Origin: Planctomycetota bacterium
GTDB lineage: Bacteria > Planctomycetota > UBA1135 > UBA2386
Length of the DNA stretch: 52,937 nt
Assembly (NCBI GenBank): GCA_016873195.1
Contig: VGXW01000003.1
Location: forward strand, 1 to 52,937
Direction: 5' to 3'
Part shown: positions 49,252 through 52,937 of the stretch, one piece after another
How positions within the stretch are numbered: position 1 is the first letter of the stretch
Layout of the letters: every line of letters starts with the position of its first letter
Position numbers and translations under genes: made by a program
The notes under the pieces: generated by a model
The model's database searches: none
Told to the model about the DNA's origin: nothing
Seen by the model: only the letters and a program-made list of their open reading frames with translations

Positions 49252-50940
49252 TCAGCCGTCGGCGAAGCGCCAGCCGGAGAGGTCCTTGCCCGGGGGAGCG
49301 TCGGCCAGCGCGGCCCGCACGGCGGCGATCGGGATCGAGTTCTGGTGCAGCACCGCGTCGTGGAAGCGCTTTTCGGTCCACGGGGAACCCGGCCGGACGA
49401 GTTCCCGGTGCAGGGCGCGCAGCTGCAGGCCGCCGAGCATGTAGGCCGCCTGGTAGAGGGGGCCGTAGCCGCCGCCGAGGGAGCGGCGCACCTCGCCCTC
49501 GGCCGCCGCGCGCTCGTGGCCGACGCGCTCGACCAGGTAATCGACGCAGCGTGGGCCGGACCAGGCGCCGAGGTGGAAGTTCAGCGAGAAGACGATGCGC
49601 GCGCAGCGGTGCTTGCGCCAGTAGAGCATGCCGATGCGGTCCTCGGGGCCGTGGGCCAGGCCCAGGTCGTAGAGCCGCATCTCCCAGTAGAGCGCCCAGC
49701 CCTCGGTCCAGAACGGCGTCGCGAACAGCCGGCGCCAGGGCCGGTGCCGCGGTTCGGCGAACTCCTGCAGCCAGTGGCCCGGGATCAGCTCGTGGTGGAC
49801 CGTGGCGCGACAGAAGTGCTCGTTGTTGCTGCGCAGCGACTGCAGCTTCTCGTCATGGCCCATCGCCGCGGTCGGGAACGACAGCCGGATCGTCTCGCCG
49901 CCGAGGAAGAACGGGTTCACCTTCTGCGCCTCGGGGCCCAGCATCGCCATGCGCCAGCACTCCTTGGCCAGCGGCGGGATCGTCAGCAGGTCGCGCTGCT
50001 CCAGGAAGTCGATCGCCTCGCGCGCGAGGTCGGCGACGAGTTGCGGCTGCTCGCCCGGCGCCCGGTGGCGCTGCTTCACGAGTTCGAGGGCCCGGCGCCA
50101 GTCGTCGCCGCAGCCCTGCTCGCGCGCGGCCGCCGCCAGCTCCGCGTCGCACCACGCGAACTCGCGTTCGGCGACGGCGACGAGCTCGGCGGGGGAGTAG
50201 GGGATCCACTCCGCGGCGAGTTCCTGCCGCAGCGCCGCCTCGCCGATCGGGTCGCCGACGAGGCTGCCGTCGCCGCCGCCGGCCGAGGCCTTGCGGCGCA
50301 GGGCTTCCTGCAACTCGCCGAGCGCCTGGTCGGCCGCCGCCCAGGGCGCCGCGACCCACCACGAGAACAGCGGGTCGTAGCCGTCGCGGAACTCGAACCA
50401 GCCGCGCAGCGCCCCGCGCAGGTCGCGGACGCGCTGGGCGGCGCGGGCCGGCAGTGCCGGCGGCAGGGCATCGAACTTCCCCTGCTGCAGACCCGCGCGC
50501 ACCTCGGCGGCGCGCCCGGCGATGCCGGCGCAGGCCGCCGCCGCGCCCTCCGGGTCGACGGGCTCGAGGCGGCGCCGCGCTTCGCCGAGGGACACGATCG
50601 TGTCCGCGAACGGCAGCAGCCCGTGCAGTGCGGCATCGCGGGCCGCCTCCGCGTCGAGCCGCCGCATGGCCGACCGCACATGGTTGTCGAGCAGCAGCCA
50701 GTCGACGCGCCGTTCGCGGTCGAGCGCCGTGAAGTCGAGCGCCTGCAGGTCGCGCTGCTCCTGCCGCAGGCGGTCGCCGAGCCGCGCGCGCCGTTCGCCC
50801 GACATCGGCTGGTCGTAGCGCCGGCCGAGGTCGGCGAGGTCGGCCGCGAACCACTCGGCGCGCTGGCGCAGGTCGGCCGGCGCCTGGGCCGGCAGCGGGG
50901 CGAGCAGGAGCAGGGGGAGCGCGCACGCGAGAGGTCGCAT
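49252..50940 (-). CDS. DUF885 family secreted protein (metallopeptidase-like)
   Basis: HHELIPGHWLQ, FWTEGWALYWE, PLYQAAYMLG, FHDAVL; signal peptide. Confidence 0.88.
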   Translation of the reverse strand: MRPLACALPLLLLAPLPAQAPADLRQRAEWFAADLADLGRRYDQPMSGERRARLGDRLRQEQRDLQALDFTALDRERRVDWLLLDNHVRSAMRRLDAEAARDAALHGLLPFADTIVSLGEARRRLEPVDPEGAAAACAGIAGRAAEVRAGLQQGKFDALPPALPARAAQRVRDLRGALRGWFEFRDGYDPLFSWWVAAPWAAADQALGELQEALRRKASAGGGDGSLVGDPIGEAALRQELAAEWIPYSPAELVAVAEREFAWCDAELAAAAREQGCGDDWRRALELVKQRHRAPGEQPQLVADLAREAIDFLEQRDLLTIPPLAKECWRMAMLGPEAQKVNPFFLGGETIRLSFPTAAMGHDEKLQSLRSNNEHFCRATVHHELIPGHWLQEFAEPRHRPWRRLFATPFWTEGWALYWEMRLYDLGLAHGPEDRIGMLYWRKHRCARIVFSLNFHLGAWSGPRCVDYLVERVGHERAAAEGEVRRSLGGGYGPLYQAAYMLGGLQLRALHRELVRPGSPWTEKRFHDAVLHQNSIPIAAVRAALADAPPGKDLSGWRFADG

Positions 50941-50976
50941 GCGCGCATGCTACGCGGCGCGGCGCGATCGAAACCG

Positions 50977-51036
50977 CCGCAGCGGCGCCCGCGCGCGTGA
51001 TTCCGTCCGGTGCAGGTCGCCGCGTTGCGGCGTCCG
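50977..51036 (-). repeat. REP-like dispersed repeat, copy 3 (diverged centre)
   Basis: CGGACGCCGCAACGCGGCGAC...GGCGCCGCTGCGG; begins 5 nt after the pckA stop. Confidence 0.75.
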
Positions 51037-51041
51037 GTAGC

Positions 51042-52622
<1,581 letters not shown>

Positions 52623-52761
52623 GGTCGGGTGAAGCGGGAACGCGGGAACGCGGCGGTGGCGTGACGGTACTGACGGAGCGCGAGTCGATCCAGCGCGGGC
52701 GCCGCAGGAAACCGCTTGCGTGGGTCTCGGGCCCCCGCTAGCGTGCCGCGCCCAAAACCGC

Positions 52762-52838
52762 GCGCCCGTAGCTCAATTGGATAGAGCACCAGACTACGGA
52801 TCTGGGGGTTGGAGGTTCAAGTCCTCCCGGGCGTGCCA
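52762..52838 (+). tRNA. tRNA-Arg (ACG)
   Basis: GCGCCCGTAGCTCAATTGGATAGAGCACCAGACTACGGATCTGGGGGTTGGAGGTTCAAGTCCTCCCGGGCGTGCCA. Confidence 0.97.
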
Positions 52839-52937
52839 GTCCGTGCCGCGGAGGCGCACGCCGGGCCGGCCGGAACGCGGCCGCTACTGCCAGCGCACGG
52901 CGTCCCACTCGGCGAGGCGGTCGAGGCCACCGCGGGG

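Noticed and set aside
339-51000. Very long ORFs such as 339-3425, 13499-17551, 24376-27582, 32568-36176, 41770-45039 and 48208-51000
   Set aside because: Arg/Ala/Pro-rich antisense or off-frame shadows of well-supported genes, expected at this GC content.
52884-52937. 3' end of a minus-strand gene at the window edge (...LDRLAEWDAVRWQ*)
   Set aside because: Too short to support a call.

Overview
Very GC-rich bacterial window. It is probably from an uncultured Planctomycetota-type lineage (inferred from the ECF sigma/Ser-Thr kinase pair and the many secreted proteins). It contains the end of a glycan-modification cluster (GT4, asnB, nadE-like, O-acetyltransferase), a cyclophilin, a LanC-like protein, an NAD-linked formate dehydrogenase operon (fdsGBAD), many secreted proteins, and scattered toxin-antitoxin/defence-type genes (three Uma2, an AbiEii pair, a nucleotidyltransferase, AAA_14-DUF4143). 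It also holds an orphan chemoreceptor next to an IS66 remnant, a GH51 arabinofuranosidase, tRNA-Asn, DUF885, pckA and tRNA-Arg. The top finding is missed by the ORF track: a 193-codon secreted protein on the minus strand (49134-48553) with two HMA-like domains. Each domain has an in-frame UGA at the metal-binding Cys position, followed by a SECIS-like hairpin with a CGUG(C/A) loop, making it a candidate two-selenocysteine protein. Also notable are a ~58-bp REP-like element found three times just after TGA stops, a C-terminal domain shared by four secreted proteins, and a pervasive signal-peptide cleavage site followed by Gln.
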